Assembly (NCBI GenBank): GCA_000934665.2
Contig: JYFJ02001087.1
Span: 62,001 to 125,757, forward strand
Direction: 5' to 3'
Length of the DNA: 63,757 nt
From: Catajapyx aquilonaris
Lineage: Eukaryota
The position numbers were made by a program, and so were the translations under genes. Positions 1 through 12,300 of the stretch are shown here, in pieces. How positions within the stretch are numbered: the first letter of the stretch is position 1; each line of letters opens with the position of its first letter. The notes beneath the pieces are model-generated. The model was not told the origin of the DNA. It was given only the letters and a program-made list of their open reading frames with translations, and did not search any database.

Positions 1-398
1 TATTTGCAGTCCTGTTAGGTGCATGGAAAAAAACTAGTCTGCTTTTCAGAATTTTTGTGAGAGTTTTTTTTTGCGGCTGGAAAAGGGGTTGGTTAGTTGG
101 GTTCACTGGAAGGGGGGACACTTTTGGTCCAACCGATACGCCTCGCATGTGTAATTTGGCCCAAAGCGGTGTCCTCTTGGGCATTGTGTTTGTGCTGTGG
201 GGAAGTGCCGCACTTTCGCTTCTCCTGTGATCATGTTGATAGAATCTGGCAGGAAAGACAGTATATCGGGGCCCATTTTGCCAGGGGAAATGTGCTAAGA
301 GTAGTTTGCCAGCAAAGAGCCCAGTCTGAACCTATAACGGAATACTGGCAACATAACAATCCTTAATGCGTACAACTTATAATACTGTTGGATTTCAG

Positions 399-3300
399 GG
401 GTTTCAGTACGAAGTGACCTGCTGCTATGGGTTTGCCATGGACCTGTTATTGAGTGTGTCTAAAGAACTTCATTTCGACTTCCACCTGTACGTGGTCGCC
501 GACGGTTGGAGTGGCGCCAAGAGAGGCTCCAAATGGAACGGGTTGGTCGCAGACCTGGTTTCCGGAGCTGCACATCTAAGTTTTGCACCTCTCAGCGTCA
601 TCTCGACCCGATCTGAAGTGAGTATGCTCTTTTCTCATGGGGAACGTCACTCGGTTCAAAGTTTCTCTCAGGGGAGGGACAAATTTCTAATCGGAATTGG
701 AATCCGTGCACTTGCACAGTAGCCAATTCCTTTCAAGAGTTGAGCACTTTTCAATTCAATAAAATGTGCTGGAAGTGCAGTGACATCGTGTATACATCAC
801 CGGTAATTTATATCCTGCCCCAAATCCTTCAGATCAAGGGATACCTATTGACTTCCTTTAGTCTACTCAAGACAAATTCAAGTACAATTACACAATAACA
901 ATTTAATTGGAGAGCCACAAACCACACTCAACTATTGATAGGCAACATCCCCAATGAATCAGAGAGAATGGGTAGTAAATTAGCCTGAATTGTGCCCTCA
1001 GGAATTCTCTTGCCAATAACAATCTCCTGACATGACCTCCCACAATGCAATGTTAGTTGTCGTTGAAAATTCAGACCATGGATATTCCAGGTGATCCTCC
1101 TTTGCCATAGGATCAGCTCGAAGAAACAGCTTTCACGTCAGGAGAGATTGATACTTTTGCTGGCTACTGTATACAGTACTGCCATCCAGTCACAAGTTGA
1201 CGGATTTCTCTAATAAAAAAGGGCACGTCCAGGACCTGAGGGCATGAGTCACGCCATATTGGATTTGTGTCAGGGATCACTTGTAACCTGTAACATCCTA
1301 GGTTAGGTTGTTGCAGTGGGGGACACTGCGGCTGTGTTATACTTCTGGGAGGGACGGGTATTGTGGAGGCCTCCAAATCCCTAGGCCCAATCTTAACCTA
1401 CAAAGACACAGGGAGCCTGGGGAGAGACAAAGAGGAAAGTGTCTGGTGGGAAGATAGATGAAGCAAGTGGCGCCAAAAAGGGGGTTGCAAGCTGCACCCA
1501 TGGGAAGAATCCCCTTTCCCCTGGATGGGGATGCAGCAGGCTTCCCACTAAACTTGTCACGCTTGATTCCTCATCCGGGCCCTTCCCTGGGAGGGTTTCT
1601 GGGGAGCTTAGGGGACGACATGGAGGCTCCACGCTTGATTTATTTCCATCAACCGCACCGAGATGCGACAGAAGGAAGCGTGTAACGTGATTACATGACC
1701 TGGTTTTCTTCCGCAAAGTCCGGCACAATCATGGATTCCCCTGCCGGACGCGACCTCATGCGGCAGCGCGGGGGACGCGCGTCCCCACGCGCCTATAGTG
1801 ACGTCACTCGCCTCACCCTTTGTTTGTTCCTTTCGTTTCAGGTGCTAGACTACTCCGTCCCGTTCCTGTACTCGGGGATCTCGTTTGTTCAGGCGGCGTC
1901 GTGTTATTACGACGTTCCTCTGTTGGCCTTTCTGGTCCCCTTCAGCCCCGAGCTCTGGATAGCCATCTTGATTAGCCTGAACATCACGGCCATCGCAGTG
2001 GCTATCTACGAGTGGCTCAGTCCTTTCGGCCTTAATCCTTGGGGCCGGCAGCGCACCAAAAACTTTAACATCTCATCCGCTTTATGGGTCATGTGGGGCC
2101 TGCTGTTTAGTCACCTCGTCGCCTTCAAGGTGGGTTGACATACTGCCAGAATTGGGCACGGGGACTGCATAGATGTGTGTGTGCTAATGACTCCTCGTCA
2201 ACAACTCTGCTGGGAGCCTTTTGTCATTGCAAGTAATGCCTCTGTGTGCAGGATGGTACGCTGTCAAAGACCTAGAGACTGTTGGAGAATCCATAGTATA
2301 CCCCACCAATAGCCTATACATGGCAAGGCGTGCCATAGCCTAATACTGCATATAAATAGGGTGTCCGGATAATTATGAAAACACTCAATATTTATCTTTG
2401 AAATGACCTAATCCGGATATGTGTAAAATAAACAAATTTTTATATTAACTTTCAGTAATTATCGTCATTATACGGGCACCCTCTGCGTATACTGTATTTT
2501 GGAAATATTCCAGCCAAAACCCTGGAAGCCGGCCAATTAATTAATAGCATTGTGCAGGTCACTTGTTCCATACCTTATTTTATTGAGTTACTTAATGGAT
2601 AGTAATTCTTGAAAGTCCTCGTAAATCTACGACAGAATAAAGCCAAGCTCGCAAGAACGAGGATGAAGGTCAAAGCCACCAGTTAAGAGCTCAATATTTT
2701 ATTACCCTCCCAGATTTATCTAGGTCTTTCACACGAAAACTGGAAACGCTAATTTAACGGGACGCTTTAAGTGGTAAGTGACATTATTTTGTTCGCGCAA
2801 TTAATTCACACAGAGATTTTCTCTTTAGGGAGAAAGTGAAGTTATATGAAAAAGGGGCCAGAGGAGCTTGAGTTAAGTGAGGGAACTAACACGTCACGAC
2901 TGATTTTGAGCTCATTTTGAGTATAATACCCACTGCTGCCACTGCAGTTAACATTATCGCCAACTGGATGTTGATTGCATTTAGAGCCTAAAGTTTAACA
3001 GCCCGTTGGGAAGATTAGAGGGAGAAAGTTCTGCTGGGTTGGTAGAGGCAAGGGAGTGGAAAAGACTCTCCGTACAATTACTAAGCGCCCAATTCTACCA
3101 ATCTTCCGCTTGCTGAGCCAACATGCATCAAAGCTTTTCGAAGACTCTTGTCGTTTTTTTTTGTCGCTCCTCTTCAAGTCGTTAACTGTGAATGTTGATA
3201 GGAAAAGGAAAGGAGCGCGCAGTTATAGCCGAAATCAAAGGGGAGGTATCGTTAGGGTAGATTTTTCTGCCTTAAAAATCAAGCTCTCTGCGAGGAAATG

Positions 3301-6300
3301 TTGGGACAGAACCCCCCACTTCACCTTCAATGATCGTAAACCGTATGCAAATTCCAAGTAGTGCAGAAAATGTAATTTGCCAACAGTGCAGTAATTTTAC
3401 GAGAGGAAAGCTCCTTCTGTGTCGAGTTCGAATTTAGAGACGGATTTGAATGCGAACACACTCTGCAACAATTGGTGGGACTGAAGGTTCAATAATCATT
3501 ATTCTAGTACATTTTAAAACAATTCATGTACGTTGACATTCAGGGTGATATTTTGTGGTTTAAGCTCCATTTAATTATTTAATGTAGTTTACCTCTGAAA
3601 GTTTCTTTTAGAGGTAAACACTTCATGCTCTAATGAATAATTCAATTTTCCTACATTTTGCTCATAATGTACGATGTATAAACCATGCTGTATCCCATTC
3701 GAACGTCATAAAATTTTCAATGGCGTCTAACCTGAGTTTTTTCCTCAGGGGTAATTGCGGGATTAGTAAATGCGGAATAATATTTGTACAGCCAATCAAA
3801 AGGCAAAGCAGCATCTCCGGGGCTCAAATATTACATGCAGAAGCACACATTTCAATAGCGAAGTATGTCGGGCGCATGTTTTATTAGAGCAGTCGAGCCC
3901 TGGGCAAGAAAAGCTTCCCTTCGGCTTGAATGTGGCACTTGGTAATTCAGAATCGACGTAAACGACGAGTCGATTGCCGATTGGGCTGTAAAATATGCGG
4001 CGGAGTTAGGGAAGGGTGGAAGCGAAGGAATTGGGTAGAGAGAGAGAGAAAGGGGCGATAATCGCTTTTTCGCCCCCCTCCTTTACCTTCACTCCCCTTT
4101 TGGAAAGACTTGGACGTGGCTCTGGGGGATCCTTGTTCTTATGATTGCGTGGGTGGCGGATCTTCCCCTTTGATGTTCCCGCTCCCTAATCCGTCATTGA
4201 TGGATGAGGAACATTCCAGGCGATAAATCCCAAGAGCGTGAGTCTAAACGCTGAGTTTGTGAATCACAAGCGGGTTGGAAAAAGAAGACTGGGGGAAAAA
4301 AATGTCCCCCCTCCTTGGCCATCAGCCACGACTGTTTTCTACTCTTGTTTCCCTTTCTTGTCTTCGGAAAAGTGCAATCTTCTCCAGGAGGAATAAATCG
4401 CCTCGCTTTTATTCTTTTCCAGGCACCCAAGTCGTGGCCCAATAAGTTCCTTATCAACGTGTGGGGTGGCTTCAGCGTCATTTTCGTCGCCAGTTACACG
4501 GCCAAGATCGCGGCGCTCTTTGCCGGATTCTTCTTTCAACGGGTAGTCAACGATTTTCACGATCGGAGCGTAAGTAGACGCACTTCTTCTCCTACACTTT
4601 TCCCCGCCCCATTCTGAGGGCCTTGCCTTGCCTTTTCTTTTCTTTTTTTTCTTCTTCTTTTTCTGTGATCTCTTTTGCCGATTCCATAGGTCGGATCAGA
4701 AAAGGGGGGGCTTCGGAGTCAAATAGGATGCCATCCAAAGGCATAGAGATGCCGAACGTGGACGTGTCACACCCAAATATCGATGTAAAGCAGACCTGCC
4801 TGCTGGGAAAAGGATGGAAATGAGATAAGCAGCTTTTCCATGTGTAATTTCAGTTGTAAGTTATGCCAAGACCGACAATGCTGCAGGCAAAAACTGCGGC
4901 TAAAGATTAGGTCCTTTATGTCTCCAGAAGCACCATTCTGCCATGTAGTATAACAGGTTGGATATAAAAATGGTGGGGGGTAGGAAGAGTTAGCTGCGTA
5001 TGTGAAAATGAGATGCTGGAAAGTTGGCGCGATATTGATCCAGCAGCCGCTCTTGAGCGAAATGCGTAGGCGATGTTACTGTAAATGGTTGCATGTTACG
5101 GCTGTATTGTTTTAGCTGCAAAACTAGGCACATAGTAGGGGGGCCTCTAAGCGCACAATGAAACGAAGTAATAACGGCCCGGTGCTCATGCAACTAGAGG
5201 ATTCAAACATCCGGATTTTAATATAGGAGCTTGAGAATATCGGATTCTCCTGGAGCTCACATAATAGTGCAATATACTGTACGTTTTGTGCCTGAATATT
5301 GGCCACAGTAATACTCGGTATGTTAAAATGTAATACACTTCTTTGTATACAAAATCAGTTTGTAATTGACAAATCTGCTTTTTCAAAATATACTTGAAAA
5401 ACCATCGTTCATTAGGTGCGGGGGTGGGGACGGAGCGATGTAGACCCTCCGACAGACAGCGAACGAATGGATAGCTCCATCCAGCTGTTCTTTCCGCAGT
5501 AGCAGCTTGATATATTAGCAATTGTCGCGATTCGCGAAAACAAGCTGGGGTTTCTGAGATGGGCGGTCTTGAAACTTCTTTGGTCGCATTTCTATTGGCA
5601 GTGATAGAATCGGGACTGAACAGGGATCGAAAGGTGGACCCGGTGATGTATAGGAGTGAGGCGTATATAAGCAGAAAAGAGCTTGGAAAATTCCAGGCTC
5701 TGCTATGCCTCCCTGCCTCCCCATGTGATTCAGCAGATATCTGGATCGGACTCACATCGAAAGGGACGGCCGGAGTCGCCGGGGAATCCCCGGGAAACCT
5801 CATTTGCATAATTCGCCCATTGCGTCTGGGTTCTTCGGTCTCTCTCTGGTAATACGCGACGCTGTTTGATGCTCGACTTCGAAATTGCTGTCGGTGCAAA
5901 AAAAAAAGAAAATGCAGTCGGCATTGCTCAATATTCAGCACTAATTGTCCACTTTTTGATTGATTGGACCCATCGCAAGAACCAAAAAAAAAATGTACAA
6001 AAATTGTTTATAGCCTCCGGTTGGATTATATGTGGATTTTCCCAATGGGTTCAAGGGAAAGGAATGTTTGACACCAACCTTTAGGTGTAACTAAAACCCC
6101 GAGCTTGTGTGCTTGGAGGGTTTGGGATCTCGGTGGGAGGGCGACGGGTGCTGGAAGCTTATTCACTCCAAATGGACGTTTGAATAGCGGTCGATGCCAA
6201 CCTGGGCTGGATAGAAATTACCCAAAGAAACTCCATAACTCATCCTGGGTTTTCTGGGTAGAGTTTTCCCCACCCTGAGGAATAAGGATCACGCACCAGT

Positions 6301-9300
6301 GAGACAGCGTTTGTGCACCGCAGACATCTGCATTGTTGCCAATCGATGCTGCCCTCGTTCTTTGCTCGCCTGCACATTTTGCGAAAAAGGGGGGCGGTAG
6401 CTTCTACACCGGGTGATGCAAAAACGATATTTCGAGGCCTTTTAGACACACCCTGTATGCATGTGGGGCCCGCAGGCAACTTATCAAGAGCCTCGGCCCT
6501 CCTTTTTCGGACATGAGGCTCGGATGCAATAAAAGTGGGCAGGAAATAAGATGCTTGGGAGGCCCATGGAATGAGAAGGGTATTATCATACGACGTTGAA
6601 AGGGCTGTATCGCATACTTATGAAAACATGGCGGCACACCTTAGCTGGGTGAAAAAAAAATAAAACGAAAAAGGCAGCGCTCCTGTTAACACCTTTTTGT
6701 ACAGTGGGACTAGCCGGACAAGGATTGATTTGTTGCCGGACTCCGGAAGAGACATATTTTGCATATAGCCCGAGGGGAGGGAAGCCCTTTTTTCCTTGCG
6801 CGAAAATTCCGCAGAGAGAGCAACGCACACAAAATTTTTGGTCGTTTTTATCCTCTCCTCTTGTTAGTTTGTGGCAGCTCCTGATGGGGTTGTTTGGGGC
6901 AGCGACCAAATCCGGTTAATCTGATTCACAACGTCAGCTGCAGCAGTTTCATCTGAAAAAGTGGGTGCGGGGTTGATTGCGACAGGGCACGCCGTCGACA
7001 CCTTTCTCATGCATTTTGATCCCTAGTTTCGTTCCCGGGGACACGCAATCCTCAACTGTCATTAGGAAAAGGGGAGGTAATCAGTGTTAACTGCGTTGCA
7101 TCCTGACACTCAAGCTGGGACAGAAAAATTGGAGGTCACAACACTGTATGCCTGAAACAATTATGTCGGCACAATTGTTTGGAACCACACAGGCGGTTTA
7201 TTCCAACAATGCCATAATGTATTACTCTCGTTGCATGAGCAGGGATCGACCTGCTAGCATGATGACAGACGGAGTTAATAGAATCCGCTGCAGGTTCATG
7301 TCGTCTTATCATTGCTACTTTGAGGATTTCACGCCGAAAGTGCATTAGCTGAATGACAAAGGCCAACTTAAGTTCCACGGCTGAAACCAGGAGAAATCTA
7401 GGCCGCCGACACCTCGGTTTTCCAGGTTCGCAACACATCCTTTGACAAGTCTACCAATGAGATAACTTGCTTCAAGACATCCTCTCTTTTCCTCGGAGCT
7501 GTGCGAGTGAATATTTATTGGTCCGTAGGGTTTGATAATCCCTTTTCCTTGGCTGCTTCCAATGCTACGGGCTTTTAATCAAGGCGAAGCAATCACAAGT
7601 TAGTCAATCTGTCACACTTTCCCATCTCGTTGCCTGAACTGCCATCCTTTCCTTGCACCATCCCAACGGGTTTTAAGCACTAACAAAACATATCAACTCG
7701 TGGGGTTAACGGCGGTGTTAAGGCTTTATAGTCAAAACGCTCTGACTTAAATGGATTTATTTCTCAACAAAACGGGGCTATTTCAAATGACCTTTTTGTC
7801 TCTTTATGGGTTGATTATGAAACGATCAGCTTAACGAAGGAGGTTACTTTTCCATGAAGGATGTCCAATTATTTTTGTTTTTGACATAGAGTACCAAACC
7901 TGTACCTAACTCTCTTTACTTTCTTACAGCTCCTGACTCAAAAAGTTGGTTCGGTGCGCAACTCTGCGGCAGATTTTTATGTGAACCGCGCCGACCCCGT
8001 CCTTTGGGAGCACATGCAGAAATTCGCAGTGTCCAGTCTTCAAGAGGGTACCGAGAAACTCAGGTAAATAAGAGTTCAGTATCGCCAGCCGAAAAGAGGA
8101 AGAAGGGGTGGAAAAGGAGAAAAGGTCTGTGGCCTGTTGATGGGGTTCAATTAGACCTCCGGAGTCATCCGGGCCCATTTGACCAGGCCTGGAATTTCAA
8201 CGTGGAGACGTGAGACGAATCTGACTGGCCTGCTTTAAGCCCAGGTTTTTCTTTTCTTTTTCGGGGAGGCAGAGGGGGGGGGGGGCACAAAATTCTTGAG
8301 AGAGAAAAGAGGAGGAAGGGGCTCCCAAGAAAGTTTCTGCAAGGAGAGAGTCTTCCCTTAATAAAATCTGGCTCTTTTTTTTCAATGCAGGCCTTTGAGG
8401 AGATGATTGATATTATGAATTCACAGTTTCTCGAGACTCTTCAGGCTGTGATAAAGCCTTTGTACCGCCCCGAGAAAAAGGAGGAATCCAGCTTGACTTT
8501 CAAGAAAAGGGCGGCTAATTTTGCCCAGAAAAGTATTCACGGCACATTAGAACAATCATTGAAGTTCTCGTTCAAAAGCGAGTAATTATATTCAGGCTTT
8601 TTTCTCTCTTAACCATTGTTAATATTAAACTAAGCAGACAGGTCTTACCGGGGGCGACTCGGAACGACAAGTTAAGTACTTTGATATTCATTGCTCCATT
8701 GTGGAGTTAATGTTGTCAGTAGCATTGTTGCCAGCACAGCCTCTGCATGAAGTTGCATATCCCCAACCAGTTTCGAGCGCGTGACGAGCATCATGCTGGG
8801 CATTTTTGTTACACCCTCGGGTTATTAGGAAACTGTCGTAAAGCCACTTTGCTCCGTCCCTTCGGAATAGTTTGTGCTCATTTGTAGCTGCTTGAATTCC
8901 ATCAAACGGGAGCGACTCTCAAAAAAGGTGGATGAGTTAGTAAGCGACAGAATGCGGCCATCATTATTAGCTCTAAATTGCGTTTTCATCAGGGAAAAAA
9001 TGTGCTGGAATAGAGTTTATACTGTATACTTTCTTGTAGTTGTTACATTTTGACAATTTTTTGTGTTGGTAGAAATGGACTTTGCAGTTGGTTCTCTCGA
9101 TCAGAGAAGATTAATTTCCTAGTTGCGGTTGTTGCAAAAACATCGCAAATTGCAGTCGGCTGAACATTAGTAACTACCCGATAACTGCCCTGATCACCCA
9201 TCAATACATGCCAGAACGGACAGTCAATAATAATAAACGATCATGAAGACCTAGGGAACAGCACTAAACACTTAAGGGTCTTGATTATGTGATGTACTGT

Positions 9301-12300
9301 AATGCTCTTGAACCAGCTCAAAAAAGGTAAACAAACAGAGCATTCCATCAGGCAGGAGGATCATTCCCAACAATATGTCATCATTTGACTCTGGTCGAAT
9401 CTCTGCCACACACAGAGATAGTATCAGGGAGTGATTTTAACCAATTGGAGTTGATCTTCTGCCAGGACAGTGACTGATAGACCTGCTCGATTTTTTTCCA
9501 TCCCATCCCACAGCCAAGGCCGCACTATTTTTTTTTTTCGCTGAATTAATTCGGCCGCGGTTTTGATGCCAATCGGCGCAACAGCTGATTAATGAGCATA
9601 ATTTGAGCAGAGGAACCGCCATTGGCAAACCTTATTAGGCGGCAATCCAGGCAGGAAGAATCGGAACCAAAGTTTAGCTCAGTGATTCCGTGGGGCTACC
9701 TTTTTGATATTCATGGCACGAGAAGAACAGGGGTGAAGTTATGGGGGCGGTTGGTTCCAAAAGAGACGGGTTAATAAGGAATGTAGTCTCCAAGGAGGAT
9801 CACGTCCCAGACCTCTCCTAAACCTTTTCTTCATGTTGGAACCCTGGAAAACCCTTATCGCCAGGCTCTCATTTTCCACCCCTAAAGCAGAATCGCCCTG
9901 GGAGATGGACCCATTTGCATGTCTCTCGCAATTTTATCTCCTGGCCATACACTATCTGTGCGTGTAGGTTTCACCGTAACCACCCCACTCTGGTTTTTTT
10001 CTGCTGGTGTGGTTGGGCTCCATTTGTTTCCAGTGGAATTTATGGGTGTCAGGCACTTGCGAACACTTGGATAATATTAATTACGTTATATTTTCTGACG
10101 CGGTCGTGTATGGCGGTGGGGAGATTTTGGCAAGGGTACCAGTTTTTTTTTAAAACAGCGGGTATGAATTGGACATCGGAAGGACATGGTGCTGCACAGC
10201 CAGGAGGAAGTCTCCATGACCAGCTCCTTTGTCTCGTAACTTGCAGTAGGATTAAAACATGGGCCAAATTTTTGAACAACATTAATTTTTACAGTGATTG
10301 CAGATTGTAGTAAAAGGTTATTACACAGTTGTTACATTTGATCCAAAGTGTGCTCCACTGTGGGACATAGAAACCATCACATAATTATCTGGATGCCCTT
10401 GAGCAATCGCCAAGGTGGATAACTGTGGAAAAAGTCGTTTAATTTAATGATCCAAACTCGGCAACAACTGGGCGAAGAGGAAGGATCCAAAAGATTCAAG
10501 GACAGTTTTTCCCACTCTAGAATAACAAATAGATTCGAATCGGTGGAAATTTTTCGGACACTATAGCCTTTGTCGCCTTAAATGTCCCGATTTATGCATA
10601 CGGGTGGACATGCCTTGAAGGTTAAATTTGAGTTTGAGTTTGATTAGGAAGGAGCCAAAGCAACTACGGCTAGCTGGCTATAAGAAGACACAAAAGTGGG
10701 AGACAGAAATGAATCGAAAATGATAAGATGTAGCGTAAATGTGAGCTTTTCATCAATACTAATTTTAACTGACTCTCGTACCACACGGTATAGTTACAAG
10801 CACTAAATCAGCAATAAACCGGGCAGTTTATTCAAGTGTTCTCCCAACAGCACCTGTCCCACTGCACAGAAGCCCGATACATCTGCCATAAAATTACCGT
10901 GGTACGAGACTGAGAATTCATATGGCAGTACCAGTTACTGCCCCAATTAGGGCATAATTTTATGGCCAAGTGTATGCAACTTGTTCACAAATCATCGCCT
11001 AATAGATAAAATGGTGTTTATTCACTTGTTTGGCTGACCCTTCTTTAAAATAATATCCTGAACAGGAGCTAGAAACAGTGACCTCAGCTTGACATTCGGG
11101 GGGGAAAAACAATGCTGTGTTGTTTAAAGATCAATGTTACTTTATGTTCAGTAAAAACGATGAGCAATTTTAGTTGCAAGTGTTATGGAGCTATCAGCTA
11201 TCAATACAGTATGGTACTCATAATATTAACGGCTTTATGCGTTGTCAAAGCGAAATGGTGTTGCCGGCACCTTATTTACACCTACATACATTACCAGGCA
11301 TGCGTTTTACGCTCACATGATGAGTTTCATTCCAACTTTTATTGCATAGTGAGGGGAAAGCTTATTGGAATTGATACCGTGATTACGTTTGCATGGCTAT
11401 CGCAGCATAAATTTTGACCCCTGAAATATTTGCTGACTGGAAGCATTTCAATAGCTAGGTAATGAGCGCCAATGAAAAGTGTCCCCACGGGTGCACTCTG
11501 CAATTTAAATTAATTTTCAGTTTTGCCAGAAAAAAAAAGTTTGCGTGGGTTACGACGAACAATGTCAGCGAGCCAAGGGCTGGGTTTTCTGGCAGCTGCA
11601 GCAGTAGCATCGATAGTGATTTAGCCGGCTGTGAAAAGGACGAAACCTTAAGGCGCCGGGGCAACAAAAGAAGGAAGGCATCAGGAGGCTGAGGAGGAAA
11701 CAAAATGGCCGAGAGTGTTGAGGGGGAAATATGGGCCATTAGGAGCATGCAGGAGGCCTCACACTGTACCAGGGGCGTCCGTATTTTGCCTTTTTTTCCG
11801 GGTCCTTTTTTGGGTCTCATCAGGCCTTGGCCCAGTTGCAACTTCTTGGCCCACCCCCACTTTTGTTGCCCTTCGATGCGGGAATCAGGGGAAAAGACGT
11901 TTCCGAGCGATTAGGCCTCGGGGTTTCGTTTCTTCTTCTACTTCTTTTTTTTTAGAAGCTTTCAATTCCCGCGCGTTTCCAATTTCTTGAATGTCTGAGG
12001 AGGGTGCAGATGTTCTGAGGGCGGTAGGGGAGAATGGTGGTGGATGTTTGCCAACTTTCAAGTGCATCTTATTCCTATGCAGCTACGGAGGAGAACTTTA
12101 TCCCGCTGTCGTTTTGAAGAAATATTAGATTTACATTTCAATGCGAGGATGTGAAGGAGGATTCCAACTCTGCCGTTTTCCTCGCTTTTTTACGAGATGC
12201 AGCGTATGATGAACACGGAGGGCGAATTGAAAATAAGATGTACAGTACATGATACCAGGATACTGTGCACCTAAATTTTCTGTTCATTTACTTGTTACGA

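Noticed and set aside
5186..5941. 251-aa minus-strand ORF
   Set aside because: No recognisable domain or splice structure; it lies in an NMDAR intron and is likely chance.
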